The position numbers and the translations under genes were made by a program. A DNA stretch of 64,000 nt from an uncultured Gammaproteobacteria bacterium (GTDB taxonomy: Bacteria > Pseudomonadota > Gammaproteobacteria > CAWCPV01): contig CAWCPV010000004.1 in assembly GCA_963797555.1 (NCBI GenBank), positions 192,001-256,000 of the forward strand, read 5' to 3'. The notes beneath the pieces are model-generated. The model was not told the origin of the DNA and searched no databases. It saw nothing but the letters and a program-made list of their open reading frames with translations. Shown here one piece after another: positions 1 to 11,203 of the stretch. The first letter of the stretch is position 1; each line of letters opens with the position of its first letter.

Positions 1-413
1 ACTTGGCGTTCCAGGCCGCGGAGTCCGTGCTGCGCGGACGGCGAAGGCTGGTTGACGCCGGTTTGCCGATACTCCCCAACCCGGTATCCAGTTGCAGCGG
101 CCCACCCTGCGATGTCTGGCAAACAGATGCGCCTGGAGGACCGTCTTCGGCAGACCTGGCGGCTCAGAACCAACCTGGTGGACGACGAAGCTCGGAAGGC
201 GTGACTATCCCAGGCCGCGCCGACGATGCCAGCGCGCTCGGGGACGCCGCCCCGTACATCCTGGAGTATCTGGATTTCGTTCCCGACAGCCTCGCCGTCG
301 GCACCCGCTATCCTGCGACCGGGCGCGAGTACTACGAGTTGAGCGGGCGAGGTACGGGGGCCGCGGATGTCGCGCAGGTGCTGGTGCAGTCGACGTACGT
401 CCGGCGCTACTAG
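1..413 (+). CDS. pilX: Type IV pilus assembly protein PilX, 5'-truncated by the window edge
   Basis: AFQAAESVLR motif and C-terminal YYELSGRGTG...VLVQSTY typical of PilX; directly upstream of pilY1-pilE. Confidence 0.8.
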   Translation, partial: LAFQAAESVLRGRRRLVDAGLPILPNPVSSCSGPPCDVWQTDAPGGPSSADLAAQNQPGGRRSSEGVTIPGRADDASALGDAAPYILEYLDFVPDSLAVGTRYPATGREYYELSGRGTGAADVAQVLVQSTYVRRY

Positions 414-519
414 AGGGCAGCCGATGCCTGATCGAGGAGAGGTTAACGGAGCTGTGGACAGTGATTTCGAGAGGTGAGGCAAGTTCGCCGGGGGCGTAAC
501 GCCGAGCGGCGAGGGAGTT

Positions 520-3500
520 ATGGCCATGAAACGGACAATTTCTACGAAGAATACGCTGCTGACGGCAGTGGCCGCCGGCGTCCTGCTCTATTGCGCGACG
601 GCGCGTCCAACCGACCTCGACCTCGCCAAGGCGCCGCTGTTCGTGACGGAGACGGTGCCGCCCTTGACGCTCCTGGTGATGGGGCGTGACCACAAGCTCT
701 ACTACGAGGCATACAACGACGCCTCCGATCTGAATGGCGACGGCACCATCAACGTCGGGTACAAGCCCAGCCAGATCGATTACTACGGCTACTTCGACTC
801 GAAAAAGTGCTACGACTACGGTTCCGGACGCTTCACGCCGGTAGGCGCGGCGGGCACTAACAAGACATGCAACGGCCACTGGAGCGGCGATTTCCTGAAC
901 TACGTCACCACACCCCGTATCGACGCCCTGCGCAAGGTGTTCTACGGCGGCCATCGGTCGGTGGACACGACCACCCAGACCGTTCTGCAGCGCGCCTACA
1001 TCCCACAGGACGCCCATAGCTGGGGCAAGGAGTACGAGAGCGTCGCGCGCGACGGCTACGACATCACCCAGTACACGCCGCTGTCGCTTCCTCCGACGGG
1101 CAAGCGGCATCTGTTCGCCAATACCACGCTGAGCGATAACGGCACGCCCCTCATGCGCGTGCTCACCAACAGCCAGTACCGCATCTGGGAGTGGGTCTCC
1201 ATCGAGCGGCCCGTGGCGGGGACCGAGTGCGCGACCGGTAACAACCAGCGGGCGCCCTGTGCCGGCGGCGCGGGAACGTTGGAGTACGACAGCCATCCTC
1301 TGAGCGACGCGGACTTCAAGGCTCTGGTCGGCCAGTTTGCCAACACCCCGCATTTTCTAGGCTCGCAGCCCGTAACGCAGATCAACGGCAGCGGCGATCC
1401 TTTCGGGCCCCCGTCCGGCACATCGATCAACACCCAGGACCATTACCTCACGATCTTCCAGGGCGCGATCAACGCCCCCACGACGGGAACGTATCAGTTC
1501 GCGGTGGACGGGGACGACGCCGTCGAGGTGATCATCGACGGCACGGTGGTGAACGGAAATGTGGTGGGTGGAACGGTCGTGGCGTCTTGGTATGACGGTC
1601 ATGGCAAGTGCACCTGCCAGACTCACGCCGGCTCGATTTCCTTGAGCGCCGGGAATCACACCGTGGTTTTCCTCCACGAGGAGCGGGACGGGGACGACAA
1701 CTACTATCTCTACTGGAAGCCCCCGGGCGCGGGATCGTGGGCGATCGTCCCCGCAACGTCATTCTCCAACTTGACGCAGACGGTCTATACGTTCTACTCC
1801 CTGACCACGTCGACCATGACCGACTACACGGTAGCAGTGGAGGTATGCAAGACCGGCCTGCTCGAGCCCAACTGCCTGCAGTATCCCAGCGGGGACTACA
1901 AGCCGGTCGGGATCCTCCAGCAGTACAGCCAGAACGACAGGATGCTCTTCGGATTGCTCAGCGGGTCCTACTATCACAACCTTTCCGGCGGCGTACTGCG
2001 CAAGAAGGTGGGCTCGCTGTCCGACGAAATCGATCCCAACACCGGGCTGTTCACCAGCACCGTGGGAGTCATCGGCAACATGGACCGGCTGCGGGTGGTC
2101 GGTTTCAACTACGCCTGCCCATACTGCTATACCAGCCCGCCCGGTGTGGTCACGAGGCCGGTGACGGAGGCGGACGGCCAAGGGTACGAGATGTGGGGCA
2201 ACCCCATCGGCGAGATGATGTACGAGGGCCTGCGCTACTTCGCCGGCAAGAAGACTCCCACCTCGGCTTATTCGACCGGCGTCAACGGCGCGGGCACCTA
2301 CGACACCCAGCTCGGCCTGACCACCCCGGCCTGGGACGATCCCTACGACAAGGCACACGGGGGTCACGACTGGTGCGCCAAGCCCTTCGAGCTGGTGCTG
2401 AGCGACATCGATCCGTCCTACGACACCGACCAGCTTCCCGGCACGGCCTTCGGGAGCTTCAGCGGCGACCTCACAGGTCTCGACGTGAGCAGTCTCGCTA
2501 ACACGATCTCGTCTAACGAGCCCGACGTGGCCGGCCTCCACTTCATCGGTCAGTCCGGGAGCACGACGGACGGAGCCTGCACGCCCAAGAGCGTCAGCGG
2601 CTTCGGGAACATCCGGGGACTGTGCCCCCAAGAGCCGACCAAACAGGGCGGGTACTACTCGGCGGCGGTCGCTTACTACGGACGCACCCACGACCTGAAC
2701 CCCGTCGACGGGGGCACCGCGGACCAGGGACAGGAGGTCCAGACCTTCGCCGTGGCCCTGGCCTCGCCGCTGCCGCACATCAACATATCGGTCGGGAGCC
2801 AGACCGTCACCATGGTGCCCTTTACCAAGTCCGTGGGGGGCTGCTGGGCATCAACAGCGCCCAGGGCCAGTTCCAGCCCACGGACCAGATCGTGGACTTC
2901 TACGTCGAGAGCATCAAGAACACCGATGCGAGCAACATGGACGCGAGCGTCAACGGTGGTCGGCCTTACTACTCCTTCCGCATCAATTACGAGGACACCG
3001 AACAGGGCTCCGACCACGACATGGACGCCATCTCCCAGTACATCGTCGCGCTCAACGCCGACAACACCGTGTCCGTGACCGTGAACTCTCAGTACGCGGC
3101 GGGCGGCGTCATCCAGCATATGGGCTACATCATCTCCGGCACGACGAAGGACGGCGTCTATCTGGAAGTGCGCGACTCGGACACGGCAGCGGGGGACCCG
3201 AACGACCCGCTCTATTTCCTCGACACTCCGGCCGATCGCGCCGACCCGGGCCGGGGAAGCAGTACCCAGCAGTTGGGCCTCAGCCACACCCGGACGTTCA
3301 GCCTGGCGAACGGCGCCGCGACAGCGACCCTGCTGAAGGACCCGCTCTGGTACGCGGCCAAGTGGGGCGGGTTCTCCGCCCTCGACCCGAAAAACACGGT
3401 ACGCTGGCGCTGACAACGCTGCCGACCAGCAAACATCGAATGGGACTCGGACAACAATGGCGTACCGGACAACTACTTCCTGGTGACCAACGCGCTCGAC

Positions 3501-5698
3501 CTGGGGCCTCAGCTCGCCAATGCCTTCCAGGAAATCCTGGACCGCTCCGGCTCGGCCGCATCCGGTACCACCAACACCGGCGTGCTCACTGCGGAGAGCC
3601 GCTTCTACCAGGTGCGGTTCAACAGCGGCAACTGGACCGGACAGTTGCTGGCCTTCCCCATAAGACCGAAACGGAGTCTTTGGACAAAGAGTGGCGACGC
3701 CGGCTAGCGGGTGCGGAGTGGGACGCCGGCGACGTGCTGGGGACACAGGACTGGAACAGCGGCCGCTCGATCCTGACCTACGACACCTCGGCGCACGACG
3801 GTACGCCGTTCCGGTTTAGTGACCTGGCGGCCGCCGAGCAGGCCTCGCTCAACGTCAATCCCGCCTCCGGCAACACCGATACCCAGGGCCAGGCCCGCTT
3901 GGAGTATCTCCGCGGCAGCACCAAGGACGAGGGCAACAATGGCAACAATTACCGGCAGCGAGCGTCCCGGTTGGGGGACATCGTCGATTCGGCTCCGTTC
4001 TTCGTCGGCGCGCCGAGCTTCCGTTACCCTGACAGCCTGGAATCCGCCCCCTACTCCGCGTTCCGAACCAACAACGCCAGTCGGGAGCAGGTCATCTACG
4101 TGGGCGCGAACGACGGGATGCTGCATGCCTTCAATGCCGCGACCGGAGCGGAGGAGTTGGCGTACGTGCCCGGCGAGATGTTCCGCCAGAGAGGGACCGA
4201 CCACGGGGCGCGTCTGGTGCAGTTGACCTCGCCGACCTACACCCATCGCTTCTTCGTGGACGGCTCGCCCAGCGTGGGCAACGTCTTTACCGCCGGCGCC
4301 TGGAAGACGGTCCTGGCGGGCGGTCTGGGCGGCGGCGGGCAAGGAGTGTACGCCCTCGACGTGACCAATCCCGCGAACTTCACCGAGGGGAACGCCGACA
4401 ATCTAGTCCTCTGGGAGTTCACCGATGCCAATGATCCGGACCTCGGCTACACCTTCAGCCAGCCGTCCATCGTCAAGATGCACAACGGCAAGTGGGCGGC
4501 AGTCTTCGGCAACGGCTACAACAATACCGAAATGGACGACGCCGGGGCCTGTAGCGACAACAACGCGCAGACGCCTTGTACGGTCAGCAGCACCGGTCAC
4601 GCGGTCCTCTACATCGTCTTCATCGGGGATGGCACGGACGGCACCTGGGGATCCAGCGACTTCGTGAAGATCGACACGGGGGCGGGGTCGGTGGCCACAC
4701 CCAACGGCTTGGCGACGCCGGCCGCCGTGGATGTGGACGGCGACAACAGAATCGACTACGTCTATGCGGGTGACCTGCAGGGCAACCTGTGGAAGTTCAA
4801 CGTCACCAGCACTGACACCAGCCAGTGGAAGGTGGCCCTCACGCAAGGCACCGCGCCGGCTCCCTTGTTCGTCGCGCAGGATGCGAACGGCAACCGCCAG
4901 CCCATCACGTCGCGCCCGGAGGTGGGGACTCACCCGGACGGCCTGGGCGGCTTCGTGATTTACTTCGGGACGGGCAAGTACCTGGAGAACAGCGACAAGT
5001 CCACTACCGGACCGCAGGACTTCTACGCCGTCTGGGACACGAACGATCCCACCAACCCCCAGCCCGTGACCCGCAACGATTTGCTGCAGCAGACCGTGCT
5101 GGAAGTCGTTTCGGTACAGCAGGGCGGCCAGACCTCCCAGTACCGCGTGACCAGCGACAACGACATCACCTGCGGGGACAGCAGCGACCACGCCATCCCT
5201 TGCTGGCGCACTCCCGCGCACGCCAGTGGCAAGCTGGGCTGGTTCCTCGACCTGCCTACCACGAGCGAGCGCTCGGTCAGCAACCCGATCCTGCGCAACC
5301 AGCGCATCCTCTTCACGACACTGATCCCGTCCACCGACGTTTGCTCCGCCGGAGGCACCGGCTGGCTGATGGAGCTCGACATCCGCAACGGAGGCCGTCC
5401 GGTCGAAACGCAGCCCTTCTTCGACGTGAACAACGACGGCATCTTCAACGAAGACGACGCCGTTCATGTGACGACCTTCGATGCCAACAACGACGGCCGG
5501 ATTGACAACAAGGACACGGCGTCGGCTACCGGGCGGCTATCGGAGGTCGGCATCATTCCGGAGCCGACCGTGGTCGCCGACGTTCCGAACCGGATCGAGT
5601 ACAAGTACAGTGCCGGCTCGACGGGGCGCACCGAGGTGATCCGCAACAACCCCGGACCTGGGGATCTCGGCCGCCAGTCGTGGAGGCAGGTGTACTAG
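520..5698 (+). CDS. pilY1: Type IV pilus adhesin PilY1 (about 1720 aa) with internal PA14-like domain; frameshifted in this assembly near 2845, 3385-3435 and 3660
   Basis: ORFs 520-3078, 2622-3413, 3483-3707 and 3362-5698 join into one PilY1: YYEAYNDASD N-terminus, LGDIVDS, YVGANDGMLHAF, DLGYTFSQP, VFGNGYN, YAGDLQGNLWKF, GRQSWRQ end. Confidence 0.9.
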
Positions 5699-5809
5699 GG
5701 TCGCTGCGGTTGGCCGAGGGCAGGGTCCCGGGGGCGATCTTGACTTGCGCCCGCGGGCCCTGCTCGATGGGTCGGCTACAATGAAACGCTTGCTGGAGGG
5801 GCGTTAGCG

Positions 5810-6238
5810 ATGAAGATCTTCCGCGGAGCGGGTTTCACGCTCATAGAGATCATGATTACCGTGGCCATCGTCGCCATCCTGGCCGCGATAGCGTATCCCG
5901 CTTACCGGGATCAAGTACGCAAGACGCGACGCGCGGACGCCACGGCCGCGCTGCTGGATCTGGCGCAGTTCATGGAGCGCAACTATACCGAGTCGAATGG
6001 CTACGACAAGGACAGCGCTGGCAACGCCATCGCGCTACCGTACGCGGAGGCGCCCAAGGAGGGGACGACGAAGTACTACGACTTGTCCCTTCCGGTGTTG
6101 GCCCCGACTGCCTACACGCTGCAGGCTGTCCCGAAGGGCGTGCAGACCGGGGATCCCTGTGGCACGTTCACGCTGACCAATACGGGCCTGAGGGATGTCA
6201 CCGGATCGGCCGGCAAGGACCAGTGCTGGCACCAGTGA
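5810..6238 (+). CDS. pilE: Type IV minor pilin PilE
   Basis: GFTLIEIMITVAIVAILAAIAYPAY prepilin motif, RRADA, C-terminal cysteine pair. Confidence 0.92.
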   Translation: MKIFRGAGFTLIEIMITVAIVAILAAIAYPAYRDQVRKTRRADATAALLDLAQFMERNYTESNGYDKDSAGNAIALPYAEAPKEGTTKYYDLSLPVLAPTAYTLQAVPKGVQTGDPCGTFTLTNTGLRDVTGSAGKDQCWHQ

Positions 6239-6413
6239 TCCTCGGCTGAGGTCGCACGGAGCGCATCGCCTTTGGACGGAAGCAATTCCTCCGAGGCGGA
6301 GCGAACCCCCCCAAACGGTTTATTGTACAGGCCCTCAGAGGAATCGCCGAACGCGATTGGGGGTTTCGGGCCTTCGAAGGCGGACGGCTAATAGGTGGAC
6401 CAGCCCTCGAGAT

Positions 6414-6881
6414 CTAGGGCTTGCACATCTCTTGGAGCTGCTTCTTGGTCTGGTCGATCCGTTGCTGACGCTCCTCTGGCGTCAACCACACGCCCTTGCC
6501 CTGGGCGTCTCGGAGGAAAATCCGGGGGTATTGCTCCAGCTTCGCCAAGTCCTCCCTCAGTCCCTGGCAGACCTTCTGGCCGATAGCCTCTCTCTCTGCG
6601 GCCGTTCGCTGGTCCGGCGTCTGTCCGGCTTCCGGAGCGGGTTGCTCCGCGCCCGCGGGCTGGGGTTGGCTCGCCTCGGCCGACGCCGCCGGTGGCTTTT
6701 CGGGCGCGGGCCTCCCCGGAACCGCAACGGACTCCGATCTCTGTCCAGGAGGGGGCGTCTGGGAGTAATGGGTGACCCCTTGCTCGTCCACCCACTTGAA
6801 CGCATTGCCGGCATGAGCCGGACCGGCCCACATGCAGCAAGCCATGAGCACCGTCAGAAAACGGGAAGACATCGTCCGCAC
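6414..6881 (-). CDS. DUF4124-family exported protein
   Basis: Signal peptide followed by FKWVDEQGVTHYSQTPP, Pro-rich linker and C-terminal Cys pair. Confidence 0.85.
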   Translation of the reverse strand: MRTMSSRFLTVLMACCMWAGPAHAGNAFKWVDEQGVTHYSQTPPPGQRSESVAVPGRPAPEKPPAASAEASQPQPAGAEQPAPEAGQTPDQRTAAEREAIGQKVCQGLREDLAKLEQYPRIFLRDAQGKGVWLTPEERQQRIDQTKKQLQEMCKP

Positions 6882-6963
6882 CTGCTACTCCCCTCGTTGG
6901 CAGCAAGAATAGCCGACGCACAGGCAAAAAGCCACTTGCCCCGTTGCCCTCGCGTCGTCCGGC

Positions 6964-7575
6964 TCACCGGACCCCCCGAGTACGGTCCTGCAGCGGCCTC
7001 GTAGAGATACCGTCCTGCAGGAGAACGGTCGCTGCGGCCTGTCGGTCATCGACGGCTGGCGAGACTCCGCAACGAGCGGGCGGTCCCCGATCGCGGTCGG
7101 TGTGGACGCCGTGTTCCAGAGGCCACGCCCGCAGCGTCTCCCAGCCGCGGAACAGCGCGATGACGGTCTTGGCGTCGTTGACGTCCCCGGTGTTTGCTCG
7201 CTGAAGCGCCTCGCGCAGGGGGACCCAGTGCACCTCGATCAGTTCGTGGCTCTCGGGGCACGGGACCACTCGGGTCAGCTCTCGTGCCAGAAACAAATGG
7301 ACCAGTTCGTCGCAGACGCCGGGGCTGGTCACGGTCGCTCCCAGGCTCGTCCAGGACGCGGCCATGATCCCGGCTTCCTCCAGCCGGTACCTCCCAGAGC
7401 CGGCCGCCGGCCGCCAGAGGCGTTGCGCCTCGTCCACGGCCGCGATGGCAGCCCCGCCCGGGTGGTGCACGATTCCGATCTCCAAGCGGGCGGGCCGTCC
7501 GGCAGGTCCACCGACTCGATCCCGAGGTCCACGAGTTGCCCCCGGTAGATGGCCCTTCGGGCGTACGTCACGGTC
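6964..7575 (-). pseudogene. NUDIX hydrolase (ADP-ribose pyrophosphatase-like) pseudogene
   Basis: Pieces IYRGQLVDLGIESVDLPDG, IVHHPGGAAIAAVD, LWEVPAG, LEEAG...SPGVCDELVHLFLAR, DAKTVIAL lie in shifting frames; most of the Nudix box is deleted. Confidence 0.75.
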
Positions 7576-7683
7576 AGCGGCGGCGCGCGTGCGCCCCTAT
7601 CGCTTGAGGCGCAGGAACAGCCAGAGTCCTGGGAGGACGCTGGCCTAAAGCACGGGGCTTTCCCCGGCGTCCCGGCGTGGCTC

Positions 7684-7705
7684 ATGACTATTTGTATGTA
7701 GTCAT
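7684..7705. promoter_or_regulatory. Putative TA operator palindrome ATGACTA-N8-TAGTCAT
   Basis: Perfect 7-bp inverted repeat in an AT-rich stretch upstream of the antitoxin gene. Confidence 0.45.
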
Positions 7706-7758
7706 CCGGTCTGCTAGTCTCACAATATCTTTCAGTTACGCAGTTACGTGGGTTATCG

Positions 7759-7982
7759 ATGGAAACCTCCAAGTCCGAGTTCAAGGCCAAGGCGTTGGAA
7801 TACTTCCGGTTAGTCGAAGAGACTGGCGACCCAATCGTAGTGACGGACCGGGGTGCGCCCACGATCGAGGTCCGGCCTTTCGAGGCGAGGTCAGGGATAT
7901 CTGGGCGCTGCTCAGGGGTAGTGTGCTGCGCTACGACGCACCGCTGGAGCCTGCGGGCGAGGTTTGGGACGCGCTGTCGTGA
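7759..7982 (+). pseudogene. Phd/YefM-family antitoxin, frameshifted near 7885
   Basis: METSKSEFKAKALEYFRLVEETGDPIVVTDRG continues in another frame as LRGSVLRYDAPLEPAGEVW; GTGA overlap with the toxin start. Confidence 0.8.
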
Positions 7983-8524
7983 TCGTCCTCGATACCCACG
8001 TACTCGTATGGTGGGTATCTGGCGCGGCCGAGAAGCTGAGAGCTTGTGAATAAATCTGCTGCGCGTCCCGATAGCAGCGTTGCGCGGTGCTCGCTCCTCG
8101 CCTATCTACTTGATATGTCTCGTCGCTGCGCTCCGTGCGCCTTGCTCTCGGGCCGCTCGCGACGATTTCTTCACAAGCTCTGAGCAAACCTGCGGCGGCC
8201 GCGCTCGATCAAGCGCTCGGGAAGGAGGCCTCGGTTTTCGTGTCGGCGATCTCCGCCTGGGAGATGGCCGTCCTTATTCAGAAAGGGCGCTTGGTGCTCT
8301 CGATGGATGTCGAGGAGTGGCTGTCTCACGCGGCTTCCCTGCCCGAGTTGAGGTTTCTGTTAGTCGATCGGCACACCGCGGTTCAGTCCGTCCGACTGCC
8401 GGGCGCCTTTCATTCCGACCCGGCCGACCGAATCATCGTCGCTACGGCGCGGCGCCTCAATCTTCCGCTCGTGACCGCAGACGAGAAGATGAGGAACTGC
8501 CAACACGTCAGGAGCATCTGGTAG
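7979..8524 (+). pseudogene. vapC: VapC PIN-domain toxin interrupted by a MITE
   Basis: VIVLDTHVLVWWVSG...EKL | MITE | SKPAAAALD...VSAISAWE...HSDPADRIIVATA...LVTAD; in-frame TAA at 8051 lies inside the insertion. Confidence 0.9.
8040..8180. mobile_element. MITE copy 1 (short form, 141 bp), TGA target duplication
   Basis: Terminal inverted repeats GAGCTTGTGAAtAAATC / GATTTcTTCACAAGCTC; TGA at 8037-8039 and 8181-8183. Confidence 0.9.
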
Positions 8525-8699
8525 CCGCCGCACCCGCAGTGCTGCAAAGACTTGGTCCACACCCCTTGAGCGAGATCTGGGCGACCCGCTGCTCGAAGAC
8601 CTGCGAGACAATGGAGGTCCGTCAGCTATTATCTTGGGCGGCCACCAAGTCTTCCATGCGGGTGGCACGAAAAATGGGGCACGTCCCGATCCTCGAAGA

Positions 8700-8870
8700 C
8701 GTGTTCGAGCACCCGGGCGCATGCGGCTCGGAGCCTGGGGCAGCGCGGCGAGCAGAGCCGCCTCGGCGTGGCTCAGCACCCGCCCCGGCTTGCCGAGGTA
8801 GGTGAAGCTCGCGGCCTCGACGTCCTCGATGGAACTAGCATCGACGTCCTCGATGGAACTAGCCGCTTCC
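8700..8870 (-). pseudogene. Fragment of a PBP1C-like transglycosylase with a 24-bp tandem duplication
   Basis: IEDVEAASFTYLGKP...LSHAEAALLAALPQAPSRMRP motif; TCGACGTCCTCGATGGAACTAGC repeated at 8817 and 8841. Confidence 0.65.
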
Positions 8871-8917
8871 GCTCCAGGTCGCATGTTCTATCACGTCTGC
8901 AGCAAGTGGAGCCGATC

Positions 8918-9157
8918 ATGAAGTCTGCCCGAATCATACTCGCGTCTGCCGGCATCGCGCTGTCCGGGTGCGTGGTCGTCCCCGCCGGACCTGGCCCGTA
9001 CTACGACTATGGGTACGGCGGGCCGGGCTACTTCTATGACTATGGCTACGCGTGGCCAAGCGTAGGGGTCGTCGTCGGCCCCGGCGGTCGCGGCGGCTGG
9101 GGCTGGCATGGCTGGGACGGTGGCGGACGCTGGGGCGGTCACCGATACTGGCGCTGA
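8918..9157 (+). CDS. Small Gly/Tyr/Trp-rich lipoprotein
   Basis: MKSARIILASAGIALSGC lipobox followed by low-complexity PYY/GGW repeats. Confidence 0.7.
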   Translation: MKSARIILASAGIALSGCVVVPAGPGPYYDYGYGGPGYFYDYGYAWPSVGVVVGPGGRGGWGWHGWDGGGRWGGHRYWR

Positions 9158-9427
9158 CCGCAACCGGCCGGATCGATACCGGGGGCGACGGCGTTCACAG
9201 CGCGAATACGCGGCGTGTGAAACCGCTCACACGCGCTGGGCAGAGGTCGCTCGCCAAGCGGGAAAGGGAGCGGGCTTGGACAGCGGCCCGCCAGAATAAC
9301 GCGCGCAAGGGCTCCTTACGCCGGCGAGGTCGCGCCCGTTTGCCGTGCTCGTGCCTACGTGGGCCGCGATGGGCGCCGTGACCTGGGGCGGAGAGATTGG
9401 CTATGCTAATAGCGGTGACGACGAGCG

Positions 9428-9764
9428 ATGAGCGAAGCGAAGCAAGGTCCGTCGATGTGGCGCCTGCGCGGCGGTATCGCGTGGGTGCACGCGCTGATTT
9501 GGTTGGTTGATCCGACTCGGCGACGGCGCCCGACCCCCGATGTCCATCTCTACCTCGCCGATAAGGTACGGTCGTCTGGCCCGCCGCTACGCCCGCTTGG
9601 GGAAAAAAGAGCAGGCCGCGGCGCTCGATGATAAGGCGGAGTATCATTTTCGGCTCGGCAGTGGACTGGAACCGCCGCCGGCCGTGGCTGCGGCGATGCC
9701 GATTCCCAGCCATCCCTTGTCTACGGACGCGGTAGCCAAGGTACGACGTGCAGACGCCGCATGA
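9428..9764 (+). CDS. Hypothetical protein, probably frameshifted near 9563
   Basis: ORFs 9428-9631 and 9507-9764 join as LAD|RYGRLARRY if one A is removed. Confidence 0.45.
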
Positions 9765-9913
9765 ATGGGCGGGTTACGAGCTAGGGTGACGAGCATGACA
9801 ACGCATTGGAGGCGACGTTGGCAAGGCTTGGGAGGCGCCGCAGCAGCGTCGGAGGCAGCGCGGTCGGTCGTCACGGTGGGAAGGACACTCGAACCGGCGC
9901 GAGGATGCGCGCG

Positions 9914-11203
9914 ATGACCCGTTCCCACGAGCTGTTCGTCCAAGCCCAGCGCCGGATCCCGGGCGGGGTGAACTCGCCGGTGCGAGCGTTTCGAGGCGTG
10001 GGCGGGGAACCGGTGTTCTTCGCGCGCGGCGAGGGGCCGTACCTGTTCGACGAGGACGGCCGGCGCTATGTCGACTACGTGGGTTCCTGGGGCCCCATGA
10101 TCGTCGGCCATGCCCACCCGCAGGTCGTTCTCGCGGTCCAGGAAGCCGCCGAGCGGGGTCTGGGGTTTGGCGCACCCACCGCCATCGAGGTGGCCATGGC
10201 CGAGAAGCTTTGTGCCCTGGTGCCGTCCCTGGAGCTGGTGCGCATGGTCAACTCCGGGACCGAGGCCACGATGAGCGCGATTCGCCTGGCCCGGGCCTTC
10301 ACGGGCAGGGATAAGATACTCAAGTTCGAGGGCTGCTATCATGGCCACTCCGACTCCCTGCTGGTCAAGGCCGGCTCAGGGGCGTTGACTCTGGGGGTGC
10401 CCAGCTCGCCGGGGGTGCCTCGGAGTCTGGCGCAGCACACCGTCACCGTCGCGTACAACGACTTGGAGCAGGTCGAAGCAGCGTTTGCCGAGGCGGGCTC
10501 GTCCATCGCTGCCGCGATCGTGGAGCCGGTGGCGGGGAACATGAACTGCATACCGCCGCTGCCCGACTTCCTCGAGGGACTGCGGCAGATCTGCGACGAC
10601 TACGGCGCCCTTCTCATCTTCGACGAGGTCATGACCGGGTTCCGCGTGGCCCTCGGCGGCGCACAGCAGCTATACGGGGTCACGCCGGATCTCACGACGC
10701 TGGGCAAGGTCATCGGAGGGGGCCTGCCGGTCGGGGCCTTCGGCGGCCGGGCAAACGTCATGGGCCAGATCGCCCCCCTAGGGCCCGTCTACCAGGCGGG
10801 GACGCTTTCGGGAAACCCGGTGGCCCTGGCCGCCGGTCTCAAGACCCTGGATCTCATCGAAGAGCCCGGCTTCTTCCGGGACCTGCGCGACGCCACGCTG
10901 CGCCTGACGGACGGCTTTCTGGAGCGCGCCCAGGCCCTGCGCATCCCGATGACCGCCAACCAGGTCGGCGGAATGTTCGGCCTGTTCTTCACGGAGCAAT
11001 CGCAGGTTCGCGGCTACGACCAAGTGATGGCGTGCAACGTCGAGCGCTTCCGGCGTTTCTTCCACGGCATGCTGGATCGGGGGGTGTATATGGCCCCCTC
11101 GGCCTTCGAGGCAGGCTTCGTCTCCGGCGCTCATAGCGACGAGGTAATTGCCTTCACCCTGGACGCCGCCGAGCAGGTGCTGGCAGGACTCGGGCCGCGG
11201 TGA
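9914..11203 (+). CDS. hemL: Glutamate-1-semialdehyde 2,1-aminomutase
   Basis: [56 protein letters not shown]. Confidence 0.97.
   Translation: MTRSHELFVQAQRRIPGGVNSPVRAFRGVGGEPVFFARGEGPYLFDEDGRRYVDYVGSWGPMIVGHAHPQVVLAVQEAAERGLGFGAPTAIEVAMAEKLCALVPSLELVRMVNSGTEATMSAIRLARAFTGRDKILKFEGCYHGHSDSLLVKAGSGALTLGVPSSPGVPRSLAQHTVTVAYNDLEQVEAAFAEAGSSIAAAIVEPVAGNMNCIPPLPDFLEGLRQICDDYGALLIFDEVMTGFRVALGGAQQLYGVTPDLTTLGKVIGGGLPVGAFGGRANVMGQIAPLGPVYQAGTLSGNPVALAAGLKTLDLIEEPGFFRDLRDATLRLTDGFLERAQALRIPMTANQVGGMFGLFFTEQSQVRGYDQVMACNVERFRRFFHGMLDRGVYMAPSAFEAGFVSGAHSDEVIAFTLDAAEQVLAGLGPR

Noticed and set aside
2835-2845. G6 tract next to the first pilY1 frameshift as a phase-variation switch
   Set aside because: Tract is short and mid-gene, and other non-homopolymer indels occur in the same gene; assembly error is more likely
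6270-6390. Inverted repeats between pilE and the DUF4124 gene
   Set aside because: Could be a terminator or degenerate repeat; no clear TIR, target duplication or second copy
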